Shown: positions 35,073 through 44,773 of the stretch, piece by piece
Layout of the letters: the number at the start of each line of letters is the position of its first letter
Position numbering within the stretch: position 1 is the stretch's first letter
Source of the DNA: Deltaproteobacteria bacterium
GTDB lineage: Bacteria > JAGRBM01 > JAHCIT01
Length of the DNA stretch: 64,000 bases
Reading direction: 5' to 3'
NCBI GenBank assembly: GCA_026129095.1
Contig: JAHCIT010000008.1
Coordinates: forward strand, 7,021-71,020
Notes under the pieces: model-generated
Seen by the model: the letters and a program-made list of their open reading frames with translations, nothing else
Databases searched by the model: none
Told to the model about the DNA's origin: nothing
Program-made: the position numbers and the translations under genes

Positions 35073-35939
35073 ATGAAGGATTTTCTCGCCCGGAACTGGT
35101 TTTTCCTGCTGATGGCGGCGCTGGCGGGCCTTGCCGTCACAAACAACGTCTGGCCGCCGCCAGAGCCGGAACGCATTCAGCCTGTCTGGCCGCCCGCCGC
35201 CCCGAGGGCGGCCTCCGGCCCCTGCACCCAGTGGCGGTCGGTACTGGAAACCGAACCCGCCGCCGCGGATGCGCCCGAAGTCCTGGCGCTCATGGCGCAG
35301 TTCCGCGAGGCTGCAATCATCGGCGAATCGGACCCCGCTCCCGCGGGGACCGGCGGCCAGTTCCGCGAGATCTCCCGGGAGGCCCGCGGCATCGGCGTCC
35401 GGATCGGCCGGCTCGCTGGCAGCGACGCCATGAAGCCGGTCATGGAGGTCACGCTGGTTGACCTTTGCCGGCTGGTTCTTCTGGACCATGGATCGGTACG
35501 GATAGAACCGGATGTTTCGCCCAAGGCGGCGGCCGCGTCCATCCGCGCCTCGCTGGACCGCCTCTCGCCGCCGGGGATGCGCTCCCCGATCGCCGGGATC
35601 AGCGGTTTCCTCCCGCTGGACGGAGCCCCGCCGGAACTGGCCCTGAAACTCCGCGAAACAGTCCGCGACTTCGCCTCCAGTGACGACGAACTGCTGCTGC
35701 GCGAGACGGATTACGAAAGCCTCCGGCTCCCCGAGGCCCGGCTGGAGGAGAACGCCGCCGAGCCGCCCGTGGCGGACCTTCTGGTGACAATCAGGGCCGG
35801 ACGGAACGGCCCGCTCCATGTGGCGCACCTCGAACGGGAGTATCCCTCGCCCGGACGGGAGACGATCGAGGGGGGTTCGGTCGCCGAACTTGCCGAAAAT
35901 ATCCTGAACCGCATGAAGCGGATCGCCTACGCCCGCTAG
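35073..35939 (+). CDS. hypothetical protein with N-terminal signal/TM segment
   Basis: 288 aa; N-terminus MKDFLARNWFFLLMAALAGLAVT; no recognised domain; 3' end overlaps the convergent rhodanese-like gene by 4 nt. Confidence 0.55.
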   Translation: MKDFLARNWFFLLMAALAGLAVTNNVWPPPEPERIQPVWPPAAPRAASGPCTQWRSVLETEPAAADAPEVLALMAQFREAAIIGESDPAPAGTGGQFREISREARGIGVRIGRLAGSDAMKPVMEVTLVDLCRLVLLDHGSVRIEPDVSPKAAAASIRASLDRLSPPGMRSPIAGISGFLPLDGAPPELALKLRETVRDFASSDDELLLRETDYESLRLPEARLEENAAEPPVADLLVTIRAGRNGPLHVAHLEREYPSPGRETIEGGSVAELAENILNRMKRIAYAR

Positions 35940-36997
35940 CGCGGCGACGCCGGGCCGGTTTCAATCCGGTAGCCCGGATAGGCCGTCCACTCGGCGAAAC
36001 CGCCGGGGAAGTGCTGGACGTTCCGGTAACCTGCTGACCTCAACGCAAGCCAGACGGCAGCCGAGCGAAGCCCCCAGGAGTCATAGACGACCACCGGCGT
36101 GTCCGGGAAAATCCCCCGTTCCACTGCGATCGACTGGATCTTCTCCCTTGAAAGCCACTGGCCGGAAGGCCACCGCATGCGGGGATAGACCAGCGTCCAT
36201 TCGAGATGTTTAGCGCCACCGATCCGGCCCCTCACAGGGAGTGGAGACGAAGTCTGTCTCCCTTCAAACTCGCCCAAGGTCCGGGTGTCCAGAACCAGCC
36301 GTACCGTTCCGGTGGCAATGATCTGGTCCACATCCGGGGCCGTCAGGGTCTGGCGGGTATAAAAGTCCGGCGGATACTCCAGCACGTCCGCAGGCGGCGG
36401 CGTTCTCCATGACCGCGTGAACGGGCGCCCGTCGAATTTCCAGGCGGGAACCCCGCCGTCCATCAGGGCTACGTTCGGATAACCCCATTGCCGGAGCGCA
36501 TAAACGACATAGGCCGCCTCACCCCAATCCCGCTCGGGGCTTCCGACGACGATGACCCTGACTGACGGGACCGTGAGCCGTGCACGTGAAACCGCCAGTT
36601 CTTTCCGTTTGTGGTCGTGCGCGACGCGCCCGTCCGGATTCAGGAAGGGTTCGGCGTCCTCGCCCCACCCCGCAAAATCGGTCCACCGCATCCTCACCGA
36701 TCCGTCGATATGGCCATCCAGGTAGTAGTCATAGGACTGGCGGACATCGATGATCCGCACGTTTCCATCCCCCATCCAGGTATGCACCTCATGCGTGGAA
36801 GCAACGTAGGGGAAATCCGTGTCCGGTGCATCGCCGGCGTACACCCCGCCGGGCGGCGAACTGTCTATCCGTGGGGGAGCTTCTTCCGGTGCCAGTCCCG
36901 GGCCGATCATCTGGGCGCCGGCCGGCAGCGCCACGAGCCAGACGGCAAGCACGGTCCAGCAATACCGGATAAGGGACTGACGAAAGCTTCGGAACAT
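35936..36997 (-). CDS. secreted tandem rhodanese-homology-domain protein (no obvious catalytic Cys)
   Basis: Track ORF trimmed to M21 (MFRSFRQSLIRYCWTVLAVWLVALPAGAQ signal peptide); two rhodanese-like halves; the active-site-loop position reads YDSWGLRS rather than CxxGxR. Confidence 0.75.
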   Translation of the reverse strand: MFRSFRQSLIRYCWTVLAVWLVALPAGAQMIGPGLAPEEAPPRIDSSPPGGVYAGDAPDTDFPYVASTHEVHTWMGDGNVRIIDVRQSYDYYLDGHIDGSVRMRWTDFAGWGEDAEPFLNPDGRVAHDHKRKELAVSRARLTVPSVRVIVVGSPERDWGEAAYVVYALRQWGYPNVALMDGGVPAWKFDGRPFTRSWRTPPPADVLEYPPDFYTRQTLTAPDVDQIIATGTVRLVLDTRTLGEFEGRQTSSPLPVRGRIGGAKHLEWTLVYPRMRWPSGQWLSREKIQSIAVERGIFPDTPVVVYDSWGLRSAAVWLALRSAGYRNVQHFPGGFAEWTAYPGYRIETGPASPR

Positions 36998-37010
36998 TCC
37001 GGCCGGGATT

Positions 37011-37787
37011 CTAGCCCGCCCTCGACGGCTCGGGCCACCCCAGCTCACGCCGGACAAAGGCGAGTATCTCCTGGGCGAGTTTCTCCTTGTGGTCGGTCAG
37101 GCGGTGGTCGCCGCCGGGAATCTCGACCAGCTTCACCCGCCCGCCAGAGGCGGCAGCCACCCGGCGGGAATCGTCCACCGGCACCTGCTCGTCCCTCGTT
37201 CCGTGCAGGATGAGGGCGGGCACCCTCAGCCGGGAAGCCAGGGAGTCGTGCCCGTAGCCCTGCCAGTCGGCGGCGAGATCCCACGTAAAATCGAGCTTGA
37301 GCCACGGGCTCTCGATCCGCAGGCTGTTGGTGTCGCGCCACTCGCGCACGCGGCGCTCACCGACACCCGCCATGATGTTGTCAACGAACCGGAAGGCCGG
37401 GGCGATCAGTGCCAGACCAGCGATTCCCTCTGGCTCCTCGACGGACGTCCAGGCCGACGTGAGCCCGCCGAGCGAGGAGCCGATCAGCACCACCCGGCCG
37501 GTCCACTCTTCTTTCCGGCGGATGTAGCCGAGAAAGCCCGCCAGATCGTCAATCTGCCGGGTCAGTGTCAGCGTGCGTATTTCCCCTTCGGAACCCCCGT
37601 GACCGGTCGTGTCGAGCGCCGCATAGCCAAAGCCCCGCTGGCCGAAAAATTCGGCGAAGTAGCGGGCCTTGTCGCCGCGGCGGTCCGAACCCAGCCCGTG
37701 CACAAAGACAAAGCCGAAATCATGCGCCGGCCCGCTGATGTCGTATTCGAGCAGCCGGCCGCTTACCTGCAGGGAACCGGACTTCAT
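37011..37787 (-). CDS. alpha/beta-fold hydrolase
   Basis: 258 aa; nucleophile elbow GSSLGG; HGLGSD oxyanion region; start overlaps the upstream SGNH gene stop. Confidence 0.8.
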   Translation of the reverse strand: MKSGSLQVSGRLLEYDISGPAHDFGFVFVHGLGSDRRGDKARYFAEFFGQRGFGYAALDTTGHGGSEGEIRTLTLTRQIDDLAGFLGYIRRKEEWTGRVVLIGSSLGGLTSAWTSVEEPEGIAGLALIAPAFRFVDNIMAGVGERRVREWRDTNSLRIESPWLKLDFTWDLAADWQGYGHDSLASRLRVPALILHGTRDEQVPVDDSRRVAAASGGRVKLVEIPGGDHRLTDHKEKLAQEILAFVRRELGWPEPSRAG

Positions 37788-39025
37788 TGGCCTTCCTCCA
37801 CTGGCTGCGGCCGGAGTCCGGGCCAGAACTCGCTGACGAATGTCTCGGCCACGATCCGGTTTCCGGCGGCCGTCCAGTGCCCATCCCTTGGGAAATATAC
37901 CCAGGTGTCTCCGGCCTCGCGGCGGATCAGGTGTTCCAGAAGGCCAAGCACCGGCACGTTTTCCACGGCTCCCCAGGATTTCAGCCCGCGGTCCAGCGCC
38001 CAGAGGTCGAACTCGTCCGGGTTCAGCCTCATGAGTTCGACCGTCCGCCCCCAGTCATCCTTCACGTAACGGCCACTGGTCTGCATCTCCCACTTGTGGG
38101 GAACGACCACGACCGCGAACTGCGCCCCCGTGGCGCGGACTTCGGCAGCATAAAGGGACAGGATGGCCTTGAGAAGCCGGAGCGCGGAGTCCAGCACCTC
38201 GGGGCGTTCCTTCCGGTACAGCATCAGCACGTCATCGTAACGGCCCCGCGCTTCACCGGAAGCGCGGAGACTCCGCAACCGGCCCTTGAAGAACGCGTAC
38301 AGGTGAGAGCGGTTTCTGAGGAAACGGTCAACCGGAAGCAGTCTGGGCACCGTACGACTGCTCTCCCGTGCCGGAACAAGGTCCAGGCCACCATCCCCGT
38401 TCAGCACAAACCGGGGCTTGGGGAAATACCGGAACTCCTGGAGGATATCGATCAGGTCATTGGGATAGACCACTTCGACCACGAGCCGGGCCTTCAGTGC
38501 CTCTCCATGCCGCCGCCAGTGAAGCAGATGCTGATCGGTACCGGTCCCCGGCACGCCCAGGTTCAGCCAGATGTGGTCACCAAGGCTATTCGCCACCAGA
38601 TCGAAGGCCCGCCCGGACTCTTCCACGCCGTGCCCCCACACAAACGAATCCCCGGTGACAACCACCACCGGCTTGCCGGTATCCAGAAGCGGCCCGAACT
38701 CCGGGGCCCGGTAACCATCCGAATTGGTTTGGACTGTGACCGAGAACTCCGGCGCAGAGTTGATGAACCTGACATTGGGCCGTAGGACCAGTCCCCGGTC
38801 CGGATCACCGGCGTATGGACTCTCCAGGCCGGCTGGCTCGATCATGCGGATGCTGGTGTCCACGGACAGTGCCGCGTCCTGGGGAGCGGCGATCCGGAAA
38901 AATCCCTCCAGCACGAGCAGCAGGAGAAGCGTGCTTCCCAGCATGGCGGCCAGACCAAAAAGGACCCGCCGCCGCACGGGATGCTTCGCCGCATTGGCGT
39001 CCGCCAGCGCAGTTCCGCGGGCCAT
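37784..39025 (-). CDS. SGNH/GDSL-type hydrolase or acyltransferase (AlgX/AlgJ-like), membrane-anchored
   Basis: 413 aa; N-terminal TM helix; block I VVVTGDSFVWGHG. Confidence 0.72.
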   Translation of the reverse strand: MARGTALADANAAKHPVRRRVLFGLAAMLGSTLLLLLVLEGFFRIAAPQDAALSVDTSIRMIEPAGLESPYAGDPDRGLVLRPNVRFINSAPEFSVTVQTNSDGYRAPEFGPLLDTGKPVVVVTGDSFVWGHGVEESGRAFDLVANSLGDHIWLNLGVPGTGTDQHLLHWRRHGEALKARLVVEVVYPNDLIDILQEFRYFPKPRFVLNGDGGLDLVPARESSRTVPRLLPVDRFLRNRSHLYAFFKGRLRSLRASGEARGRYDDVLMLYRKERPEVLDSALRLLKAILSLYAAEVRATGAQFAVVVVPHKWEMQTSGRYVKDDWGRTVELMRLNPDEFDLWALDRGLKSWGAVENVPVLGLLEHLIRREAGDTWVYFPRDGHWTAAGNRIVAETFVSEFWPGLRPQPVEEGQ

Positions 39026-39026
39026 T

Positions 39027-39329
39027 TCAGAAGATGGTGTAGATAAACGGTGCGACGGCAGTGCCCTGCGTCATCACCAGCAGGAACCCGATGGCCAGCA
39101 GCACGATCACGATGGGCGCCATCCAGTAGAGCTTGCGCTCCATCAGGAAGTCCTTGAACTCCGCCAGGGTACCGGCCCTCTCCTTCGCATCCCGCACGAA
39201 GCCGCCGCCCTCGCCCGCCTTCGCGAACGGGCTCTCTTCCTTGCCGGTTTCCGGTGTCTGGTTGCTGGAATCAGTCATGACGTCTGGATTACTCCGGTCC
39301 CGCCGGGGTGGCAAGGCTTCCTGCCGCAC
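39027..39329 (-). CDS. tiny membrane protein, DUF5989-like (SxtK-like)
   Basis: C-terminal EFKDFLMERKLYWMAPIVIVLLAIGFLLVMTQGTAVAPFIYTIF matches my recollection of the DUF5989 consensus; true start probably the internal ATG (MTDSSNQ...); 2 nt after the carbamoyltransferase stop. Confidence 0.6.
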   Translation of the reverse strand: MRQEALPPRRDRSNPDVMTDSSNQTPETGKEESPFAKAGEGGGFVRDAKERAGTLAEFKDFLMERKLYWMAPIVIVLLAIGFLLVMTQGTAVAPFIYTIF

Positions 39330-39331
39330 CG

Positions 39332-41083
39332 TTAATCGAGCTCAAAGGTTTCGAGCCAGTCCTTGCCCACCCGGTTCTTCTCCGGCTGCTCCCGCTTGTC
39401 GAGCAGATACGGCCCCACCACGAGATAGTCGATATTGGTGGCCATGAAGCACCGGTAGGCGTCCTCCGGCGAGTTGACGATCGGCTCGGATCGCACGTTG
39501 TAGCTGGTATTGATCAACAGAGGGCAGCCGGTACGGCGGTCGAACTCGGCCAGCACGTCATAAACAAGCGGATTCATCTCCCGCGAGACTGTCTGGATCC
39601 GGGCGGAACCGTCCACATGGGTCACCGCCGGTATCGTCCGCTTCTGGGGGTGGACCTGGCAGACGTGCAGCATGTACGGCGATTTGTGCCCCCGGAGATC
39701 GAACCACTCCTCGGCTTTCTCTTCCAGAACGATCGGTGCGAACGGCCGGAAACTCTCGCGGAACTTCACCTTGAGGTTCACCCGGTCCCGGTTATCGGGC
39801 CGGCGCGGGTCGGCGAGAATCGACCGGTTGCCGAGCGCCCTCGGACCGAACTCCATCTTCCCCTGCATCCAGCCGATGACGGCCTGTTCCTCGTCCAGCA
39901 GCCGGGCCGTTTCACGGACAAGTTCATCACGGCTCAGCTTGCGGTACGGGGCCTGCTTTTCATCGAAATGCTTCTGGATCTCCTCATCGGAGTATTCCGG
40001 TCCCGTATAAGGGTAGAAGGTCTCCGGTGTGCGGGGTTTGTTGAGCAGCGTGTACCAGCCAAACAGGGCCGCGCCGAGCGCCCCGCCCGCATCGCCAGCC
40101 GCAGGCTGGACATATATGCGGCGGAAGGGGCCTTCCCTGAGCAGCCGGCCGTTCGCCACGCAGTTGAGCGCGACGCCGCCGGCCATGCACAGGTCTTCCT
40201 TGCCGGTTTCACGATGCAGGTGCCGGGCCATCCGGAGAATGGCCTCCTCGGTTACCTTCTGGACGCTCATGGCCATGTCCTTGTGGAACTGCTCCAGGGG
40301 GTCTTCCTCACGCTGGCGGGGCGGGCGGCCGAACAGCCGGTCGAACTTCCCGTTCGTCATCCGCAGACCCTTGTGGTACGAAAAATAGTCCATGTTCATC
40401 TGGAAAGACCCGTCATCGCGGAGGTCGAGGAGGTTGTCCATGATGAGATCGACGTATTTGGGCTCACCGTATGGCGCGAGTCCCATCACCTTGTATTCGG
40501 CCGAATTCACCTTGAACCCCAGATAGTAGGTAAAGGCCGAATACAGGAGCCCCAGCGAGTGCGGGAAACGCACCTCCCGGATGATCCTGAACCGGTTTCC
40601 CTCGCCTTCACCGAAGGTGGTCGTGGCCCATTCGCCAACGCCGTCAGCGCACAGGATGGCTGCCTTCTCAAACGGGGAGGTCAAAAAGGCGCTCGCCGCG
40701 TGCGACTGGTGATGTTCCATGAACAGCAGTTCGCCGTTGTAGTCCAGTTCCTTGCGGATGAGACTCTTGATCCAGAGCTTCTTGGCTATCCAGACCGGCA
40801 TCGCCTTTGCGAATGACGGTAGCGACCAGGGGAACGACCCGAGATAAGTCGTGAGGAGCCGCTCGAACTTCACGAACGGCTTGTCGTAGAAGATCACCGC
40901 GTCGAGGTCTTTGACGGAAACTCCGCCGGTACGGAGCACGTACTCGACGGCATTCTGCGGGAACTCCTCGTCGTGCTTCTTGCGGGTGAAGCGCTCCTCG
41001 CTCGCGGCCCCCACAACCCGGCCATCCTGCACCAGCGCGGCAGCCGAATCGTGATACCAGCAGGAGATTCCCAGAATATTCAT
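39332..41083 (-). CDS. carbamoyltransferase, NodU/CmcH family
   Basis: 583 aa; N-terminus MNILGISCWYHDSAAALVQDGRVVGAASEERFTRKKHD and overall layout typical of NodU/CmcH/SxtI-type O-carbamoyltransferases. Confidence 0.9.
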   Translation of the reverse strand: MNILGISCWYHDSAAALVQDGRVVGAASEERFTRKKHDEEFPQNAVEYVLRTGGVSVKDLDAVIFYDKPFVKFERLLTTYLGSFPWSLPSFAKAMPVWIAKKLWIKSLIRKELDYNGELLFMEHHQSHAASAFLTSPFEKAAILCADGVGEWATTTFGEGEGNRFRIIREVRFPHSLGLLYSAFTYYLGFKVNSAEYKVMGLAPYGEPKYVDLIMDNLLDLRDDGSFQMNMDYFSYHKGLRMTNGKFDRLFGRPPRQREEDPLEQFHKDMAMSVQKVTEEAILRMARHLHRETGKEDLCMAGGVALNCVANGRLLREGPFRRIYVQPAAGDAGGALGAALFGWYTLLNKPRTPETFYPYTGPEYSDEEIQKHFDEKQAPYRKLSRDELVRETARLLDEEQAVIGWMQGKMEFGPRALGNRSILADPRRPDNRDRVNLKVKFRESFRPFAPIVLEEKAEEWFDLRGHKSPYMLHVCQVHPQKRTIPAVTHVDGSARIQTVSREMNPLVYDVLAEFDRRTGCPLLINTSYNVRSEPIVNSPEDAYRCFMATNIDYLVVGPYLLDKREQPEKNRVGKDWLETFELD

Positions 41084-41205
41084 GAAATGCCGTCTACTCC
41101 CTTAAATACCGTCCGGCTGCCCAGGCCGCATATCGCCGGCAACTGTGTAGCCTGAAAATCCAGGCAACGGGAACAGGTAACCCAGACTACGCAAACATAC
41201 CGGTT

Positions 41206-42312
41206 TTATTGGCTTTTATCCGGCTCAATCCGCAACTTCACGTCTTTCGGAGCGTCCATTACCGGCGACAGCCGTTCTGCAACCAGTTCCGCAACCCTTC
41301 GGTTGCCATGAGGGCTCCAGTGGGCGTCCACGTCGAAATGCCAGCTTTCCCAGCCGGACGGATCGGACAGCGCCTCGTCGTGCAGGTCAAGATACCTTAC
41401 TTCGAGTGAACCCAGCGTCTCCGCAAGGCTGCGCCGCTGCCAGTCCCTGAGCGTATTCGTAAAGACAACGTACGGGACCGCTCCATCGGAACGGACACGG
41501 CGAACCCATTCGGCCGTGATCGCGTTGAATCTCCTGATTCGCCGGACTGTTTCCGGATCTTCCGGAGACCGGTTTTCCGACAGTGCATCAATAAACACAC
41601 GCATCCGTTCGGCAGGCGTTCCGGCCGATGTGCGCGGCATCCGGCCCCTGCCGCCAAAGTTGAATGCCAGTATCCGGGGGAGGGAACGGACCAGCTTGTA
41701 GAGCCGGACCTGTTTTTCCGCCGCCGAGTTGAACCTTTGCCACCATCCCGGCCGGGGAACCGGAAGCAGTTCCACGTTTTCGCCATCCCCGGGAGCAAGA
41801 ACACGTGCCGTATCGGCATCTTCCCAGTCGTTCCCGCACACCGTATAAACGGCAATACGTGGCTGGAGTTCCCGCGCCCTGTAGACGTAACTCGTCAGCA
41901 CATTGGCGATGGAATAGCTTACGACGCCGAAGTTGAGACTTTCGACCGGCCGCCCCAGTTCTCCGGCGAGCAGACCAGCGGTGATCACCGGCCAGCTCGC
42001 TTCATAGGGAACCTCGGCTGCCAGCGTGTAGCTGTCGCCCAGAAACGCGATCCGCACCGAATCATCCGAAAGAGCGGGTTCCGGCCCCCGGAAATGGCGG
42101 CTGTTGAAACTGATCCGGTTCCGGTAGCCAGGCCCCACGTAGTCGTAGGAGGCACCGGCTTCGGGCACTTTCCCCTCACGGGGATCGAACTGAAGGTAGT
42201 GGAACCGGATCGGCATCTGCCGGGCTGCGTATTCAGCCAGCCCGAACGTCGCCAGCATAAACAGGCCCAGCAGGCCGGCGGCGTATATCCTGAACCGTTG
42301 GCGCCGCTCCAT
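41206..42312 (-). CDS. SGNH/GDSL-type hydrolase-like protein, membrane-anchored
   Basis: 368 aa; N-terminal TM helix; block I VRIAFLGDSYTLAAEV. Confidence 0.7.
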   Translation of the reverse strand: MERRQRFRIYAAGLLGLFMLATFGLAEYAARQMPIRFHYLQFDPREGKVPEAGASYDYVGPGYRNRISFNSRHFRGPEPALSDDSVRIAFLGDSYTLAAEVPYEASWPVITAGLLAGELGRPVESLNFGVVSYSIANVLTSYVYRARELQPRIAVYTVCGNDWEDADTARVLAPGDGENVELLPVPRPGWWQRFNSAAEKQVRLYKLVRSLPRILAFNFGGRGRMPRTSAGTPAERMRVFIDALSENRSPEDPETVRRIRRFNAITAEWVRRVRSDGAVPYVVFTNTLRDWQRRSLAETLGSLEVRYLDLHDEALSDPSGWESWHFDVDAHWSPHGNRRVAELVAERLSPVMDAPKDVKLRIEPDKSQ

Positions 42313-42324
42313 CTGGTCTTGGTT

Positions 42325-42633
42325 TCAGAATTGCCGGCGGCAGGCGCCAACAGAATCGTTGGTGGACTGATGGACTTCGTAATAGGTGCCGGTTCCGCCA
42401 TCGGACCGGAACTTCAGCCTGAGCGGGTCGCCGCCCGACAGCCGCGACAACAGGCTGACCGGTCCCAGGACGAGCAGGTACACCACCGCCATCACAACCG
42501 GATTGACGACCGACCCGATCAGGTGTCCCAGCTTGATGAGCGCCCTGTTAATGGCGCCAAGCAGGCGGCGGACGGGTCCTTTGGGGGTATTCTTCTCTTT
42601 CACCGCTCTATCCAGCCGTTTACGGCATCTCAA
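42325..42633 (-). CDS. small membrane protein (possibly SxtJ-like), first gene of the carbamoyltransferase operon
   Basis: 102 aa; basic N-terminus then hydrophobic VVNPVVMAVVYLLVLGPVSLL; family call is tentative. Confidence 0.5.
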   Translation of the reverse strand: MRCRKRLDRAVKEKNTPKGPVRRLLGAINRALIKLGHLIGSVVNPVVMAVVYLLVLGPVSLLSRLSGGDPLRLKFRSDGGTGTYYEVHQSTNDSVGACRRQF

Positions 42634-42756
42634 CTGCCGCCATATCGGCCCAATGGCCGGTACATGTCAAGCGTGACTCCCCTCTTGTCACCCGGTCCCC
42701 GACCGGATAGGGAAGCGCCGCCCGGCGCGTGCCGTGTTCATTCCGAAGGGAACCCC

Positions 42757-44031
42757 ATGCAGGTAGATATCTCCAGTCCCTCCAGTGTCGAGCGAAAAGT
42801 CGTGATCCGCGTGCCCGCCGAACGGCTTGCCGAGGAGCGGCAGAAGGTCATTACGGACCTGAGCAAGTATGCCCAGATCAAGGGGTTCCGGAAAGGAAAG
42901 GCCCCGGTCGCCGTCATCGAGCGGTTGTACGGCTCCGCCATACTGGATGAGGTCCGCCAGCGGATCCTGCGCGACACGGTCGAAAAGGCCTTCGACGAGA
43001 ACAAGCTCCAGCCGATCTCCCAGCCGGTCGTGGATGCCAAGGAGCCGGAACTGGGCCGCGACTACGAGTTCAGCATCCAGTTCGAGGTCAAGCCGGAGTT
43101 CGAGGTCAAGAACTACACCGGAATCGAAATCACCCAGAAGGCAGAGGCCGTCACCGACGATGACGTGGCCAAGACGCTGGAGAACCTGCGCCAGCAGCAC
43201 GCGATACTGGTCCCCAACGAGGCCGACCAGACGCTGGGCACCGGCCTGTTTTTCGTCGGTTCGTACACCGGCACCATCGGCGAGAAAGAGGTTTCCTCGG
43301 GCGGCAAGGATGTGGAGATCGAAATCGGCGCCTCCGGGCAGCTTCCGGGCCTGTCGGACAAGCTCGAAGGGATGAAGACCGGTGAAACCCGGCTGGTCGA
43401 GCTCACCGTCCCCGCGGACTGGGGCTCTCCCGACATCCAGGGCAAGACCTACAAGGTTACTTTCACCTGTAACGCCATCAAGCGGCGGGTGCTGCCCACG
43501 CTGGATGACGAGTTCGCCAAGGATCTCGAGATGGAATCGATGGACGCGCTCCGGAAAAAGGTCCGTGAGGACATGGAGGCGGCGGCGGCCAGCCGGGCGC
43601 GCAACGAAGCGGTCAGCAAGCTGCTCGACCGGATCGTCGAGCAGAACCCGGTCGATGTGCCGCCCTCGCTCGTCGAGTCGCAGTCCATGGAATACATTCA
43701 GCGGACCTATGCCCAGTTCCAGATGCAGGGTCTGAAAATGCAGCCGCGCCCGGAAGAACTCGAGAAGATGAAGGAAAGCGTGCGTGAGGACTCCACCAAG
43801 GCCGTCCGGCGCTCGCTGGTGCTGCTGGCCATCGCCGAGAAGGAAAAGCTCGAGGCCACCGACACCGATGTCGAGGCCGAGGTGGCCCGCCGGGCCGAAT
43901 CGGCAGGAGTGCCCGCAGACAAGCTCCGCGCCTATCTGGACAAGGAAGGCGCTCTCAGCCAGATCAGGGGACAACTGATCGAGAAGAAGGTGATCGACTT
44001 TCTGATGGAAAAATCGAAGGTGACGGTCTAG
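42757..44031 (+). CDS. tig: trigger factor (ribosome-associated chaperone/PPIase)
   Basis: Real start ATG 42757-42759 (MQVDISSPSSVERKVVIRVP) with GAAGGG 8 nt upstream; the track ORF 41737..44031 is an upstream read-through of the same frame. Confidence 0.93.
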   Translation: MQVDISSPSSVERKVVIRVPAERLAEERQKVITDLSKYAQIKGFRKGKAPVAVIERLYGSAILDEVRQRILRDTVEKAFDENKLQPISQPVVDAKEPELGRDYEFSIQFEVKPEFEVKNYTGIEITQKAEAVTDDDVAKTLENLRQQHAILVPNEADQTLGTGLFFVGSYTGTIGEKEVSSGGKDVEIEIGASGQLPGLSDKLEGMKTGETRLVELTVPADWGSPDIQGKTYKVTFTCNAIKRRVLPTLDDEFAKDLEMESMDALRKKVREDMEAAAASRARNEAVSKLLDRIVEQNPVDVPPSLVESQSMEYIQRTYAQFQMQGLKMQPRPEELEKMKESVREDSTKAVRRSLVLLAIAEKEKLEATDTDVEAEVARRAESAGVPADKLRAYLDKEGALSQIRGQLIEKKVIDFLMEKSKVTV

Positions 44032-44032
44032 T

Positions 44033-44773
44033 TCAGCCGCCCCTGGCTTCCTTCAGCCGTTTTTCGATCATCTGGCGCGCAACCGGCTCCGACACGCCGG
44101 GAAGCAGCTTCTCCAGAACCGCATCGGCTTCCTTCGTTTTCAGCTGCGTCAGGCCCGACACCGCCGACAGCTGGATTCCCCGCTCACCGGAAGAAGCGAT
44201 TTCTTTCAGGGCCGGAACGGCACGGGCGGGATAGCCGTACACAAGGCATCCCATCGCCGCATCCCGGAAGAACTTTGTCTCTGTTTCGCTGCGGGCAATC
44301 GCGTCGCAGGTGTTGTAGGCCGATGGCGTCTCCGGGAAATGGGCCAGTGAATGTATGGCCAGGACCCGGTGCTGCTGTCCCGACTGGGCATCGGAGGCGA
44401 TCTCCACCATGACCCTGCCCGTTACCGGCGGATAATCCTTCCAGGTTTCCTTGGGCGGAAACTCGTTGTTGCGGCCGAACATGTTGAGGATCTGGTATTT
44501 CACCCGGAGCCACTCCTCGTGCTCCGGAGTTCCGGGAGCCGGACGGTCGCCGGTTGCCTTGGCGGCATCCTTCGAGGCGCCCTTGCCATTTTTGGCATCC
44601 TTGCCTGCCGCTGCCTTCGGCTTGCTGTCTTTTGCGGCCTTCTTCTGTTGTGCCGGAGCAGACTGCCCGGCGGCCGGGGATGCCATCAGTAAGGCTACGG
44701 CGACGGCCGCTCCAGCCATTCGTGCGAGCCTCACCGGAAATGTTATTACAAGATTTTGCCTGTCGGAATGCAT
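44033..44773 (-). CDS. secreted hypothetical protein, HEAT/ARM-like repeats
   Basis: 246 aa; signal-like MAGAAVAVALLMASPAAG; Lys/Ala-rich linker then helical repeats; convergent with tig with a 1-nt gap. Confidence 0.5.
   Translation of the reverse strand: MHSDRQNLVITFPVRLARMAGAAVAVALLMASPAAGQSAPAQQKKAAKDSKPKAAAGKDAKNGKGASKDAAKATGDRPAPGTPEHEEWLRVKYQILNMFGRNNEFPPKETWKDYPPVTGRVMVEIASDAQSGQQHRVLAIHSLAHFPETPSAYNTCDAIARSETETKFFRDAAMGCLVYGYPARAVPALKEIASSGERGIQLSAVSGLTQLKTKEADAVLEKLLPGVSEPVARQMIEKRLKEARGG

Noticed and set aside
41737-42756. Upstream 340 codons of the 764-aa ORF that ends as trigger factor
   Set aside because: The region is antisense to the SGNH and small membrane protein genes and has no homology; trigger factor homology begins at the ATG at 42757, which has a GAAGGG ribosome-binding site.
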